Shown here: in pieces, positions 32,735 through 42,664 of the stretch
Layout: each line of letters opens with the position of its first letter
How positions within the stretch are numbered: position 1 is the stretch's first letter
DNA from: Candidatus Limnocylindrales bacterium
Lineage (GTDB): Bacteria > Moduliflexota > Moduliflexia > Moduliflexales > JAUQPW01
DNA: 64,000 bases
Assembly (NCBI GenBank): GCA_035559535.1
Contig: DATMBG010000029.1
Coordinates: 1 to 64,000, forward strand
Reading direction: 5' to 3'
The notes under the pieces: generated by a model
The model's database searches: none
What the model was told of the DNA's origin: nothing
The model's input: the letters and a program-made list of their open reading frames with translations, nothing else
Translations under genes and position numbers: made by a program

Positions 32735-32752
32735 CTTGATCTCCTTGATCTG

Positions 32753-33565
32753 TCAACCTGTTTTAACCTGTGTAGACAACAGGGCAGGGGTTGCCGGTGG
32801 AAGAGGCGGTACGGGGGGGGCCGGCGTCACCGGAAAGACCCCCAGGGCCAGTTCTCCCGGGTGTACGTGGGTTTGATAGAGCTGTACCAGTTGATTCAGG
32901 TACTGCAATAACTGATCGCCAAATACCAGGGGATGCATAGCATTTTCCACCAACTCGATTTGAGGTGCCTCGACTACGACCTTTATCTTCCCCTGGACTT
33001 TAATCTGCCCCTGCTGTACCTTAATCTCTATCAGATTGTTACCGTTCTGATCGGTTAACAGGATATTTTGGTTGTTAGAATCCAGGATGATATCCCCGTT
33101 ATGGTTCACCGTGAGTTTGGTTTTTCCCATTTCCAGTTGGAGCTTATCGTCATCGAGTAAGATTTTGTTACCTTTGGGAAATTCCAGGTATGTTCGGCGA
33201 ATTCCTGATTCAGCCGGGTCAGGGCAAATATAAACGAACTCATGGGGTTTCGCCTCGGGAGGATGGTCTTTATCGTTGTAAATACGCCCCGTGATAACGG
33301 CTGTATGAATATCCCCGTATAAAAACTGAACTAAGACCAGATCCTCCTTGTTGGGAATGGCAACAGCCCCTATTCTTTGAGTACTGACCGGTACCCGTTT
33401 CAGTTCCAGACCGGAATCCCGCAATCGAACGTCGCATTGATAGTTATTTTTATCCGAAGCACTTTCATGGGAATAAACCCGGGTCACGATCCCCCATTCT
33501 GCCGTTTTGAAACCTCGTAATTGGTCACGAACAATAGCCTGTATTAAACTGATCAAATCGCTCAT
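32753..33565 (-). CDS. central spike (gpV/gp5 OB-fold plus beta-helix, HxH apex)
   Basis: GIVTRV, IP...DLVLVQF..GD....VITGRIYN, beta-strand repeats, terminal THVHPG. Confidence 0.85.
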   Translation of the reverse strand: MSDLISLIQAIVRDQLRGFKTAEWGIVTRVYSHESASDKNNYQCDVRLRDSGLELKRVPVSTQRIGAVAIPNKEDLVLVQFLYGDIHTAVITGRIYNDKDHPPEAKPHEFVYICPDPAESGIRRTYLEFPKGNKILLDDDKLQLEMGKTKLTVNHNGDIILDSNNQNILLTDQNGNNLIEIKVQQGQIKVQGKIKVVVEAPQIELVENAMHPLVFGDQLLQYLNQLVQLYQTHVHPGELALGVFPVTPAPPVPPLPPATPALLSTQVKTG

Positions 33566-34719
33566 TATAATCCTAAAGCTCCTGCCAGCTTTCCGGCTAA
33601 CTGGTTCAGAAGATTGCCGGCCTTTTCGGCCCCACCCTGTCCTGTAAAGCCGATGAAAGTCAGGTAACCCTGTTGTTTATTGAAAACGTGACCTACAGAA
33701 ATAACCTTGAAAAGTCCGTTCAATTCTGGCTTCTGGGCATTTTTGATTTCGATGGCATCGGCTAACTTCACCTTGGGGTTTCCGAGAATTTTCATCTGTC
33801 CCCAGGTAGAATAATCTTTAATAGCACCGAACTTAGAAGTAGCCAGACGATCTGCTGCATCTTTTGTTCTGATGGTTCCGTCTTGAAGGCTCAATGTCCT
33901 TTTGCCCTGACCGACTTCACTTTGAAAAGGCGATAAATCCTTTGCAATCCAATGCCAGGTATCTGCTCCTTGCTGACTGGCCGGACTCTCTCCATAGACC
34001 AGAATAGGATCACCGGCCACCGGGTAATGGGAGATCCGGAGGTCGAGGATATCAATACCGAAGTAGAACGTGTGATCGGGGTTCGACTTGTTAAACTTTT
34101 TCAGGGTCAGTTTATTATCTGTATCAAAGTAGGCATCCAGTCCATCGCGCATGGCCAGTTCGCAAATATGTTTCAGAAGGTTCTTCGATTCGTGAGCTAT
34201 GAAGTAGGGATAAGAGCTACCCGTTTCGATTTCACCGGTTTCTACTTCAGCCTGGCGGGAGAGGTTTTCAACGATCTGGCGCAGGGTTTGATTTTCATAG
34301 ACCTGGTTGATACGGGTACTGGCCAATTTCTGTTTACCGGTTGTACCCACGATTTTTGTTTGACCAAAAGACGATTCAATGGATTGCACATCGGCCGTCA
34401 TGACTTTACCGGAGCGGTCACCGGCGGTTAACTCGACGGTGAGCCGATCACCCTGTTTGATTGCTTTGCCACGTACCTGTATAGAGAAGGATTCTTCCTT
34501 CTCCTCATTGCCAAAGCCGAGAGCGCTGGCGGCTGCGCTTACTGCCTGTTCTAATAAACCAGGTTGTGGCGCTGGCGGTGCATAGATTGAGATGCGACAG
34601 GTATCAGCAGGTAAATTCGTCGAATGGTTGAGTTCCAGCGTAATGAATTCGGTACGCAGATCGTCCTGTGAATTTACCATCCAATCCCCGATAGAAAGTT
34701 TGTAATGAACTTTATACAT
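33565..34719 (-). CDS. baseplate hub (gpD/gp27-like)
   Basis: YENQTL.QIV..L, ELAMRDGLDAYFD, GNP.VKL.DAI, GLFKV.SV.H.F...GYLT. Confidence 0.85.
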   Translation of the reverse strand: MYKVHYKLSIGDWMVNSQDDLRTEFITLELNHSTNLPADTCRISIYAPPAPQPGLLEQAVSAAASALGFGNEEKEESFSIQVRGKAIKQGDRLTVELTAGDRSGKVMTADVQSIESSFGQTKIVGTTGKQKLASTRINQVYENQTLRQIVENLSRQAEVETGEIETGSSYPYFIAHESKNLLKHICELAMRDGLDAYFDTDNKLTLKKFNKSNPDHTFYFGIDILDLRISHYPVAGDPILVYGESPASQQGADTWHWIAKDLSPFQSEVGQGKRTLSLQDGTIRTKDAADRLATSKFGAIKDYSTWGQMKILGNPKVKLADAIEIKNAQKPELNGLFKVISVGHVFNKQQGYLTFIGFTGQGGAEKAGNLLNQLAGKLAGALGL

Positions 34720-34766
34720 GGCTTTCTCCGTGCGTTTCGAGTTTCAGTCTAAGCTTACAGACCGGA

Positions 34767-37700
34767 TCATGGTGGCAGAGGAGGCACCGGTGGCAGCACA
34801 CCGGGCTTCTGCACGTCCCAGAACTGGATGTACTTCCCCAGTTCCGGTGCAAGGGCCTCCGTCTGGCCTCCCACGTTTGTCACCAGGAGTCGTATGTTGT
34901 TCTTCTCCAGGATAGCGGCAATTTCCTTCTGCGCTTCGATGGGCATCGGTTGGCCGGGTGGAACGCGGGCCAGAACTTTCTCGATATCGTTAGCGGCGCG
35001 CTCCATCCGATCAGCCGCCTCGATGAAATCCGGGGGTACATCGGCGAATCGTTTGGCGAGTAACCGGAATTCACGAACATCTTCACGCAGGTTGGTGACG
35101 AGGTTTCGTGTCAGAGCGGAGACATCCTTGAGCAGTTTCCGAACAAACGATTTATTATCCAGGATCCCAAGCATCTTATCGGACCGTCGCAACGCGATGA
35201 GATCGATACCTTTACGGGTTACAAAGCGGTCCGGTGCCTTCAGCAGGTCAAACTCCGGCCCTAATTGAAAGGCCAGGTCCATCTCACCGGACAGACCGCG
35301 AAATTCCCCCATACGGCGGCTGACATATCTCTCGAACGGTGATTTCACCGGGGGACGACCCCTGGGGCGGAACTTCATGTCGACCCAAAGCCTGTATAGC
35401 ATATTCTCGCCACCATTGACGAGCCGATCCTTCAGGAACAGGCTATCCTGGATGGTTTTTGCGAGATCTTCCAGCTCCTTGCGGCGAGCTGCACTATCCT
35501 GGATCCAGGCCTTCAATTCCTCCAGCTCGTTCTTCAATGCCCTGACACGATCGGCTGCTCGTGCTTTCTCCTCCGGTGTGGAGAAGCGGCTGCGGGCACG
35601 CTTGCTGTACTCCTTGATACGCTGCTCAATCTCACGGCGGCGAATCCGTGCGGCGTCCTGATACTTCTTCAGGCCGCTCATGCGTTTGGCAATATCATCG
35701 GGAGCTATACGCTCCGCGGCCTGCGTTGCACGCAATTTGAACTCGTCATTAAGGGCATCCAAGGCCTTCTCTACATTTTTCAACTCCGCCTCGGTCGCAC
35801 CCTCGTTTGCCAATCGTTCCAGAAACCGTGCTTTACGCTTGGCGTAGGCATCCTCGGCCAGCTCAGTAACCACACTGCGGAAGGTCCCACGCTCGGCTTT
35901 CACCGCAGCATCTACGGCTTCACGCATCGGTGTGTCGAATTTCTGTTGATAGAAGGCAACATCCCGATTGAACAGGTCATAGACCTGTTCATTCACCCCG
36001 GGCGGAGGGTCTGGAGGAGCTTTCGTGGTAGGTGGTGGTGAAGGGGGAATTTCGCCCCCGGAGGGCGGGGCCTTCCGGGGTGGCTCTGCGGGCGGCTTGA
36101 TCTGGGGTTTGGGGGTCTTTGGCCCCTCCGCGAGGCGCTTGAGTACAGTGGCTTCACCGTTCTCTACGTCGCGGATCACAGCCTCTATGGCTTTTGCCTC
36201 GTACTTTAATTCACGCCCCAGGTCGTCCAGGGCGGCTAACATGGTATCCACCTTTGCCACGTCACCACCTGCATGGCGATAGATCGCACCGAACGCCTTT
36301 TCATTTTTAACAATGGCCTTTGTCCATTCAGGACGGGATGCCAGTTGCTTGAAGAACTCAGATGTGGTGTAGGCTTTTGCGCCGGTCAGGGCCTCTTCTG
36401 ACAGTGCCTTCACAGCCTCTGCGAACCGTGTTCCTTCACCCTCGGGGAGTGCTTCCATGACGGTCAGCAACTCTCGCTCGGAAAGACGTGCTGAGGAGCG
36501 CAACCGGGCAAAAGCCTTCTCGATTGCTTCGGTGGCCGCACCTCCACCCTTGCGGATCAAAACGGCCATCGCCTCAACCTCCTGTCGTGCTCTGACCAAT
36601 GTTTTCGCTGCGCCTGCGTCTTTTGCCAGTAGTTGCTCGAACGTCTGTGCCCCTTCGGCCTCAGCCTTAGTCAGTGCAGACTCTGTGGCCCGCAGATCCT
36701 CTACAGGCAGGTGGGATAGGGCACGAGCAGCCTCTTCTTCGGCAGCGATCAAGCGGCTCTCCCGGCTAAGGACACGACTAAAGACGCGGAAAAACTCCAC
36801 CCCTCGTTCGGTCAGGGTCAACTTTTCGGCAAGAACTGCAATCGAAGCCGCTTCGATGCCAATACGTGCCAGATTGAAAGCCGCTTTAATCTCTCCAACA
36901 CCGATGAATAGAGAAAGAACCTCCCAAAGGATGGTCCACTTCACACGCCGTAGTACGTCTTCGGTGACACCGAGCTCCTTTGCAGCCCGGTAACCATCCC
37001 GGAATCCTTCACGCAACCCCTCAAACAACCCCTTGAGCGTTTGCCGTGCCTTATCCCGCTCGGCACGGGCCCGCGTCAGCCAGGCCGGTTCGCCCTCCTT
37101 CTTGTCCGGTAGAGGGATACGGGCCAGATCGATGGTAATCGCCAGCTTCATGAGCTGTCCGACCGCGTCGATGAGTTGCTGTGGGTTCGTGATGAGATGG
37201 AACAGGTCCTTGATGGCATTGGGGACAAATCGAACCAGACTGAGCGCGCCCTGTCTCAGATCCTCCAGATAGTCAGGGGTAAAGAGCAGGCCCGTTGGCC
37301 CCCAACTAAGCCGTGAAACCGCACCCAGGATCTTCTTTGGCTCCTTCGAATCTGTCCCGAGGGTGCCGAGTTGTAGGATTTCCAGGAAGAATTCCAGGTT
37401 GAACTCCTGGGGTGGCAGCTCCTTGGCTAACTTCTTTCCCAGCATGGTCAGCAAACTCCAGAGGTTGGAATCCAGGTTGCGAACCAGCTTGGCCATCTTC
37501 TCCTTGCCCAACTTGTCCCGAATTCTGTCCAGTTCCACCTTACTTTCCACGGCCTTCAGAATCTCGAAGATGGCCTTATCCAGTTTTTCGTCACCCAGAA
37601 TGCCAAAGCGCTCGATCAGGAACTCCAGATACTTGAACCGCTTCTCTGCACCCACGAGATCAAAGGCATTGTGGTCCAGAGCGAGCAGGAGAGCTTCCGT

Positions 37701-39296
37701 ACGGTCTTCATCGGTTACCAAGGCAGTATCAATGGGTGGGAAGACCGTTGCCACGATTCGGTCTTTGAGCTGCGGATCCATGGGTAGCGCGCCGGATGGA
37801 TCCATTCCTTCCTCGCGGAGCTGCCGGAATAGCTCGGTTTCCACAAATCCTACCCTGGGCCAGAAGAACAGATCATCAGCCGTACCGATAATCCGCAAGA
37901 TGCCTGCCAGGTCCGTCTTCTTATCGGTCAGAAGTAATTGCCAGTACCGCACTCTGACCTCTTTGAATTGAAAGGTTCCCGTCGCATCAACGGCCGGCTG
38001 CCCTTCTAACTCAGCACTAGAAAACGGCTTCTTCTGTGCTCCGGGTAAAGGTGGAGTCACGTAATACTGCCAGGTTGGAATCACATAATACCGTGGCGGG
38101 CCATGTTTGAATCGCTGCCCCGACGAGTAAAGGGGGCTTTCGATAACCGCGAATGATTGCGGGCCGAAAAGTGCCTTACCCCATTGAATGGCCCGCGTCA
38201 ATTGGTAGGCGATAACATATCTGCTTCCCTCTGGATCTCCTGCGATCCAGCTCCAGTCAGGTAGAATTATCAGCGTCTGATCGCTAAGGCCGCTGGCTCC
38301 GGAAATCACCTGATCCTGATTCGGTTCATCCTCCCAATGAATGAATGGCCAACCGGTACCATAAAGATCCGCCTCCTCCGGTGGAGTTTCCAAATCACTT
38401 AGTTCCTCCCCGGCGATGATCTCAAGGGGAGGAAAGACCAGTCCCGAATCATCCGCCGGGGGAGCTACTCCAATTCCAGGCGATGGAATGACCGGTACCG
38501 GTGGTGTAGAGGAGATATCCTGAGTGCCGGTCTCGGAGATAAGGTCCAATATGCCGGAACCGCGCACGATCTGCGCCGCTACTTCCCTGAACAGCGGTTC
38601 ATCGACTGCGTTCTCTTTGGGCGGTGGCAGGGCATCGTCTTCTTCTACCGTATCGCCCCTGACAGCCTCCACCTGCTCACCAGTCATATCGGGCAGACCG
38701 GGGGGGGCCGCGTAGGCGGCTTGCTTTTCCCGGACGTTCAGTACCGGCTGGCTCTGATCTTCGAAAGTGTTGCCCATATTCACGATAAAGTAGAATTCAG
38801 AATCGCCGGCTACGTCATCGAGATACGCAGCTTTCCACCAGGTAACGAGGTAATACAGATCGGTTTCAAGGGGATCGTTGAGAATCAATAAGTAATCAGC
38901 ATAATCTGTTGGGTTCTGTTCGACAAAGCGTGTAACGGCATCCTCCAGGGTGTCTGTTGGGCCCAGTATCCATGTCCGGTTGATACGGTGTTCGATCTGA
39001 GGAAACGGTTCAGCAGAAGGAGAAGCGCCTGAGCCGAGAATTGAGACCACCCGATCATCCGAGCCACCGGTCAGGAGGAAATCCTCCTCCAGGATATCGA
39101 AACGAATTGGCGTGTTTGCATCCGGTAATAGCTCGCTATCCTGTACCATCACAACCAGCTCTACCGTCTCCATGGAGTCCAGCCTACGGTCCCCGACAGG
39201 GGTCAAACCCTGGGCCCAGAAGGCCTTCACTCCTTCGGTCTGCGGACCTGCGTAGCTACAGAGATGACATTGATATAGTTTGCCTCTTAATGCCAT
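34767..39296 (-). CDS. large putative polymorphic toxin/cargo with C-terminal PD-(D/E)xK (REase-fold) nuclease
   Basis: About 1509 aa from ATG 39296 (GAGG SD); hydrophobic WEVLSLFIGVGEIKA, Pro-rich linker, coiled coil, G..GE...GIDLIA...LDNKS. Confidence 0.6.
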   Translation of the reverse strand: MALRGKLYQCHLCSYAGPQTEGVKAFWAQGLTPVGDRRLDSMETVELVVMVQDSELLPDANTPIRFDILEEDFLLTGGSDDRVVSILGSGASPSAEPFPQIEHRINRTWILGPTDTLEDAVTRFVEQNPTDYADYLLILNDPLETDLYYLVTWWKAAYLDDVAGDSEFYFIVNMGNTFEDQSQPVLNVREKQAAYAAPPGLPDMTGEQVEAVRGDTVEEDDALPPPKENAVDEPLFREVAAQIVRGSGILDLISETGTQDISSTPPVPVIPSPGIGVAPPADDSGLVFPPLEIIAGEELSDLETPPEEADLYGTGWPFIHWEDEPNQDQVISGASGLSDQTLIILPDWSWIAGDPEGSRYVIAYQLTRAIQWGKALFGPQSFAVIESPLYSSGQRFKHGPPRYYVIPTWQYYVTPPLPGAQKKPFSSAELEGQPAVDATGTFQFKEVRVRYWQLLLTDKKTDLAGILRIIGTADDLFFWPRVGFVETELFRQLREEGMDPSGALPMDPQLKDRIVATVFPPIDTALVTDEDRTEALLLALDHNAFDLVGAEKRFKYLEFLIERFGILGDEKLDKAIFEILKAVESKVELDRIRDKLGKEKMAKLVRNLDSNLWSLLTMLGKKLAKELPPQEFNLEFFLEILQLGTLGTDSKEPKKILGAVSRLSWGPTGLLFTPDYLEDLRQGALSLVRFVPNAIKDLFHLITNPQQLIDAVGQLMKLAITIDLARIPLPDKKEGEPAWLTRARAERDKARQTLKGLFEGLREGFRDGYRAAKELGVTEDVLRRVKWTILWEVLSLFIGVGEIKAAFNLARIGIEAASIAVLAEKLTLTERGVEFFRVFSRVLSRESRLIAAEEEAARALSHLPVEDLRATESALTKAEAEGAQTFEQLLAKDAGAAKTLVRARQEVEAMAVLIRKGGGAATEAIEKAFARLRSSARLSERELLTVMEALPEGEGTRFAEAVKALSEEALTGAKAYTTSEFFKQLASRPEWTKAIVKNEKAFGAIYRHAGGDVAKVDTMLAALDDLGRELKYEAKAIEAVIRDVENGEATVLKRLAEGPKTPKPQIKPPAEPPRKAPPSGGEIPPSPPPTTKAPPDPPPGVNEQVYDLFNRDVAFYQQKFDTPMREAVDAAVKAERGTFRSVVTELAEDAYAKRKARFLERLANEGATEAELKNVEKALDALNDEFKLRATQAAERIAPDDIAKRMSGLKKYQDAARIRRREIEQRIKEYSKRARSRFSTPEEKARAADRVRALKNELEELKAWIQDSAARRKELEDLAKTIQDSLFLKDRLVNGGENMLYRLWVDMKFRPRGRPPVKSPFERYVSRRMGEFRGLSGEMDLAFQLGPEFDLLKAPDRFVTRKGIDLIALRRSDKMLGILDNKSFVRKLLKDVSALTRNLVTNLREDVREFRLLAKRFADVPPDFIEAADRMERAANDIEKVLARVPPGQPMPIEAQKEIAAILEKNNIRLLVTNVGGQTEALAPELGKYIQFWDVQKPGVLPPVPPLPP

Positions 39297-39306
39297 TTCT
39301 CGATCC

Positions 39307-42300
39307 TCACACCGGAATAGCCGCAATCATTCCATTAAATGCCGTTTCAGTCCGTTTCAGCCCTGTCGCCAACTCACCACGTAGCTGATTTAGCCGATCT
39401 GTCAACGGCTGAAGGATAACCCCTATGTCAACGGCTTCCAACACTTTCTGAATGCTCTCAAACGTGGCCTGAAGCGGCTCCTTGAAGGTAGACGGATCAA
39501 ATTCGGCAACAATTTCTTTCGATAACTTGAAGGGTTCGTTTAACTCACTTAACAGTTGAGAAGGCTGTAAGGCAGCCACCAACCCCTTTACCTCGTCTAC
39601 CAGATTTTGTAGTTGGACGATAATCGGTCCCGGGTCCAGGCCGACGATGATCGTTTTCACTTCGTCTGCAGCACCGCTCAGCTCATTAAGGATTAACTGT
39701 AAATCAAGGCCGTCCAGTCGTTGGAATAACCCGTTGAGTACCTCTTGCACCTGATGGGTAAGCGCCTGGGGGTCAAGCGAAAAGAGGGCTGTTTTCAACC
39801 GCTCAAAAGAGACTTTAATCTGCTCCTGCAAAATACGCGGATCAAAGTTCCGTAACTGCTGCTTGATAGCATCGTAGAGTTGATGGATCTCGGTAGTCAG
39901 GTTTAAGGGATTGGCTAATCGAAACACACGTCGGATGGAATCGGGAGAGACGTTCTCTTTAGCCCATATCGGAATCAGCGATTCCAGTTTTTCTCTTATC
40001 TCGGTGTTGTATCGGTTGATCAGATCCATCGACGGCTCAAGATGTGCCAGCGTGTTGATTTGTACCTGGGCGTGTTGCAGATCGTTCACGGCCTGCGTGA
40101 TGGCAGCATTGCGCAACGGATTTAAGTCTTCTACAGAGGCAGACAATGAAACGTGTACCGGGCCACCATGGGCTTCAAAGGAAGCATGCATCGAATCGTA
40201 GGGTCCTTTAAGCGATGCGAGCAGTCCCCCCACGTTCAGTTGTTGGAGTAGACCGTTCACCGTGGTGGCCTTTTCTCTCACGACCTGAAAAACTCGCTTT
40301 GGATCAAAGGCATCCACGGCGCTGCGCAGAACGGCAAAGATCTCTGAGATTAATCCCACGTGATCCGATGTGAGATTGGCCAGAGGTGCGGCCAGCACAT
40401 TGAAGATATCTGTGAGCGGTTTTAGCAGGATAGCCGGATCAAAGTTATCCAGTGCAGCCATGATTTTGTCGAATGCTCCCACCAAGGGGTTGAGCAGGCG
40501 ATCCGGAGAAATCTTATCCAGTGCTCCTTTCACCTGATTAATTACCTCGCTCAATTTAGCTGAGAGCCCGGTGACGTCAATTTTTCGAACCTGGGCCTTG
40601 ATATCGTCTATCGCTTCTCGCAGTGGGCGAATCAGTTCTACAGGTGAGATCTTATCCCATGCACCAGCCAGTTGGGCGTGTAGATCGATCAAAGGTTTAA
40701 GGAGCATGGCGGGTGAGACCCTGTCCAGTTCTTGTTGAGCACGCGTGTACCATTCATCCAGCGGTTTGAGCAACACTTCCAATTTGAGCGTATCCAGATG
40801 AGAAATAATCGGGGCAAACAGGTTGTCCAGCGGCTTAAGTAGCACCTCCGGTGCAAGCTGACCAAAACGTTGGAGGACACTCTCCACGCTGGTCTCGATT
40901 TCACCCAGGGCTTTTTTTGGAATCTCCAGCAACTTGTCGAACTCTGCCATCAGCGCATCGGTGATTTGAACTGAAAAGTCAATCTTTACCATCACTTCCA
41001 CCGAGACCTTCAGGGCACCGATGGTAAATTCGTTCAATGATGAAACATCAATCTTCTTCAGCGTATCGCGCATCTCGTTGATCTGGGCGACAACAGGATC
41101 AACAATCGGATCGAAATCAATACTTCCCAGCGAACTCAGCATCCCTTCCAACTTCTGGCGTACCGCTTCGACCGTACCCGCCACGTCCAGGCTCTGAAGC
41201 TGATCATTGATGCCTTGCAGCATTCCTTGAAGTTGTGTTTTGACCTTCTCAATCTCACCTTTGACGGCATTTAGACCATCACGCACCTGCTGTAATGCCT
41301 GCCCGACGGTGTTTTTGAATTGATCAACTAAAGGCCGGATCGTCTCCTGCAGGGTTTGTTTTACACCGTTAAGGAAGTCTTCGATCTGTTGCTGAATGTG
41401 AAAGCGAAAGTTACCCTGTTCGTCGTAGCTTCCAAGCGTTGAAGCCATGGATCTCAGGGTATCCTTGATTTGCGTAAAGACAGCACGGATCGAGGCAATG
41501 GCTTCGAACAGTGCCCCGTCGAGCGCATCTAAAACAGATTGAAGCTGTTTTTGCAGGTCGGTCAGCTTCCCTGTCCATTGACTCAGATCGAATTTTCCAA
41601 TCACTCCGTTGATTTGATCGAAAATCCCTTCGATCTTCTGTCGGATGAGATCCAGATCGAGTCCGCGGATTGCTTCTTCAATGTGCCCAATGGCTTGGGT
41701 AAATTTATCGCGGATGTTGCCCAGGTCAATGATCTCGATCTGCAGGAAGTTCTCGAATTGTTGTTGCAGGGCATGTGAAAGCCCATCGGCAGTGGCAATA
41801 GGTTGATCGAGGAAACGGCGCAGGGTCATAGTAATGGAAGCCAGGGCATCGACCAGTTGTTGAAAGCTGGCCCGCACAGAAGCAAAATGAGTCGTATTGG
41901 TGAAGTTGCCTTGCTCGAACTCGGTACGGACCCGGTCCATGGCGTTGATCAGATCGGCTTTAAGGGTGTTAATTGTCGATAGCTTTTCGGTCGAGATCGC
42001 CGCATCGAGATTACCCGAAATGACCAGGGCCAGGTTCTCGCCCGGCAAGATCAGCCGCACCAAATCGGTAACTTTCTCACGTAGATAGGCCAACAAACGA
42101 TTTTCGAGTGTGCCGGGGTCACCCCGGAGGAGCGGTTGAATCTCCTCATATAACCTTTGAACGTTCTCGCTCCATTGCCTGATCTGGCCGAATTCGCCGG
42201 AGATAAACTCACCTTTGATCTGTGTCATTCGATCGGCTGCTTCGGTGATCAATTCCCGCGCACTGGGTGGAATAAGTGACGCAATATTTTGGAGCCCCTG

Positions 42301-42648
42301 GAGACCGGTCAGCAGTTGTCCAGAAAGATTGTCTGCGGAAAGGTTTCTGAGGCTTTCCAGCCTGGCATTAAGGGGTTGAATTAAGGAAGGTGGATCCGGA
42401 AAGGCGTTCACCGCCTGCCGGAATTGGGCTGATGCTCCTCCGGTCACTGCGTCGGTGTTGACCGAAACCCGGGCAGAAAAATTCTGATCCAGTTTTATTG
42501 CCAGAGACGCCGACAAATGGGATGGATTGATCTTCTCTAAAAGTTTCAACACCCCGGCGACTCCTGTTCCTGCGGCTTCATCTCCCAGCACGGGAGCCAG
42601 AATATTTGTTAATTGTTCTTGCGTGGGTAGCTGTTGTAAAAGTCCCAT
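39307..42648 (-). CDS. approximately 1113-aa amphipathic helical repeat protein (tape-measure-like)
   Basis: 23-residue periodic L..(L/I/F)(D/S)P..L..PL repeats; ATG 42648 avoids overlap with upstream gene. Confidence 0.65.
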   Translation of the reverse strand: MGLLQQLPTQEQLTNILAPVLGDEAAGTGVAGVLKLLEKINPSHLSASLAIKLDQNFSARVSVNTDAVTGGASAQFRQAVNAFPDPPSLIQPLNARLESLRNLSADNLSGQLLTGLQGLQNIASLIPPSARELITEAADRMTQIKGEFISGEFGQIRQWSENVQRLYEEIQPLLRGDPGTLENRLLAYLREKVTDLVRLILPGENLALVISGNLDAAISTEKLSTINTLKADLINAMDRVRTEFEQGNFTNTTHFASVRASFQQLVDALASITMTLRRFLDQPIATADGLSHALQQQFENFLQIEIIDLGNIRDKFTQAIGHIEEAIRGLDLDLIRQKIEGIFDQINGVIGKFDLSQWTGKLTDLQKQLQSVLDALDGALFEAIASIRAVFTQIKDTLRSMASTLGSYDEQGNFRFHIQQQIEDFLNGVKQTLQETIRPLVDQFKNTVGQALQQVRDGLNAVKGEIEKVKTQLQGMLQGINDQLQSLDVAGTVEAVRQKLEGMLSSLGSIDFDPIVDPVVAQINEMRDTLKKIDVSSLNEFTIGALKVSVEVMVKIDFSVQITDALMAEFDKLLEIPKKALGEIETSVESVLQRFGQLAPEVLLKPLDNLFAPIISHLDTLKLEVLLKPLDEWYTRAQQELDRVSPAMLLKPLIDLHAQLAGAWDKISPVELIRPLREAIDDIKAQVRKIDVTGLSAKLSEVINQVKGALDKISPDRLLNPLVGAFDKIMAALDNFDPAILLKPLTDIFNVLAAPLANLTSDHVGLISEIFAVLRSAVDAFDPKRVFQVVREKATTVNGLLQQLNVGGLLASLKGPYDSMHASFEAHGGPVHVSLSASVEDLNPLRNAAITQAVNDLQHAQVQINTLAHLEPSMDLINRYNTEIREKLESLIPIWAKENVSPDSIRRVFRLANPLNLTTEIHQLYDAIKQQLRNFDPRILQEQIKVSFERLKTALFSLDPQALTHQVQEVLNGLFQRLDGLDLQLILNELSGAADEVKTIIVGLDPGPIIVQLQNLVDEVKGLVAALQPSQLLSELNEPFKLSKEIVAEFDPSTFKEPLQATFESIQKVLEAVDIGVILQPLTDRLNQLRGELATGLKRTETAFNGMIAAIPV

Positions 42649-42664
42649 AAAGCTTTTCCCGATT

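Noticed and set aside
34718-39388. Many antisense ORFs over the toxin gene
   Set aside because: Shadow ORFs expected in higher-GC coding DNA; none looks like an immunity gene
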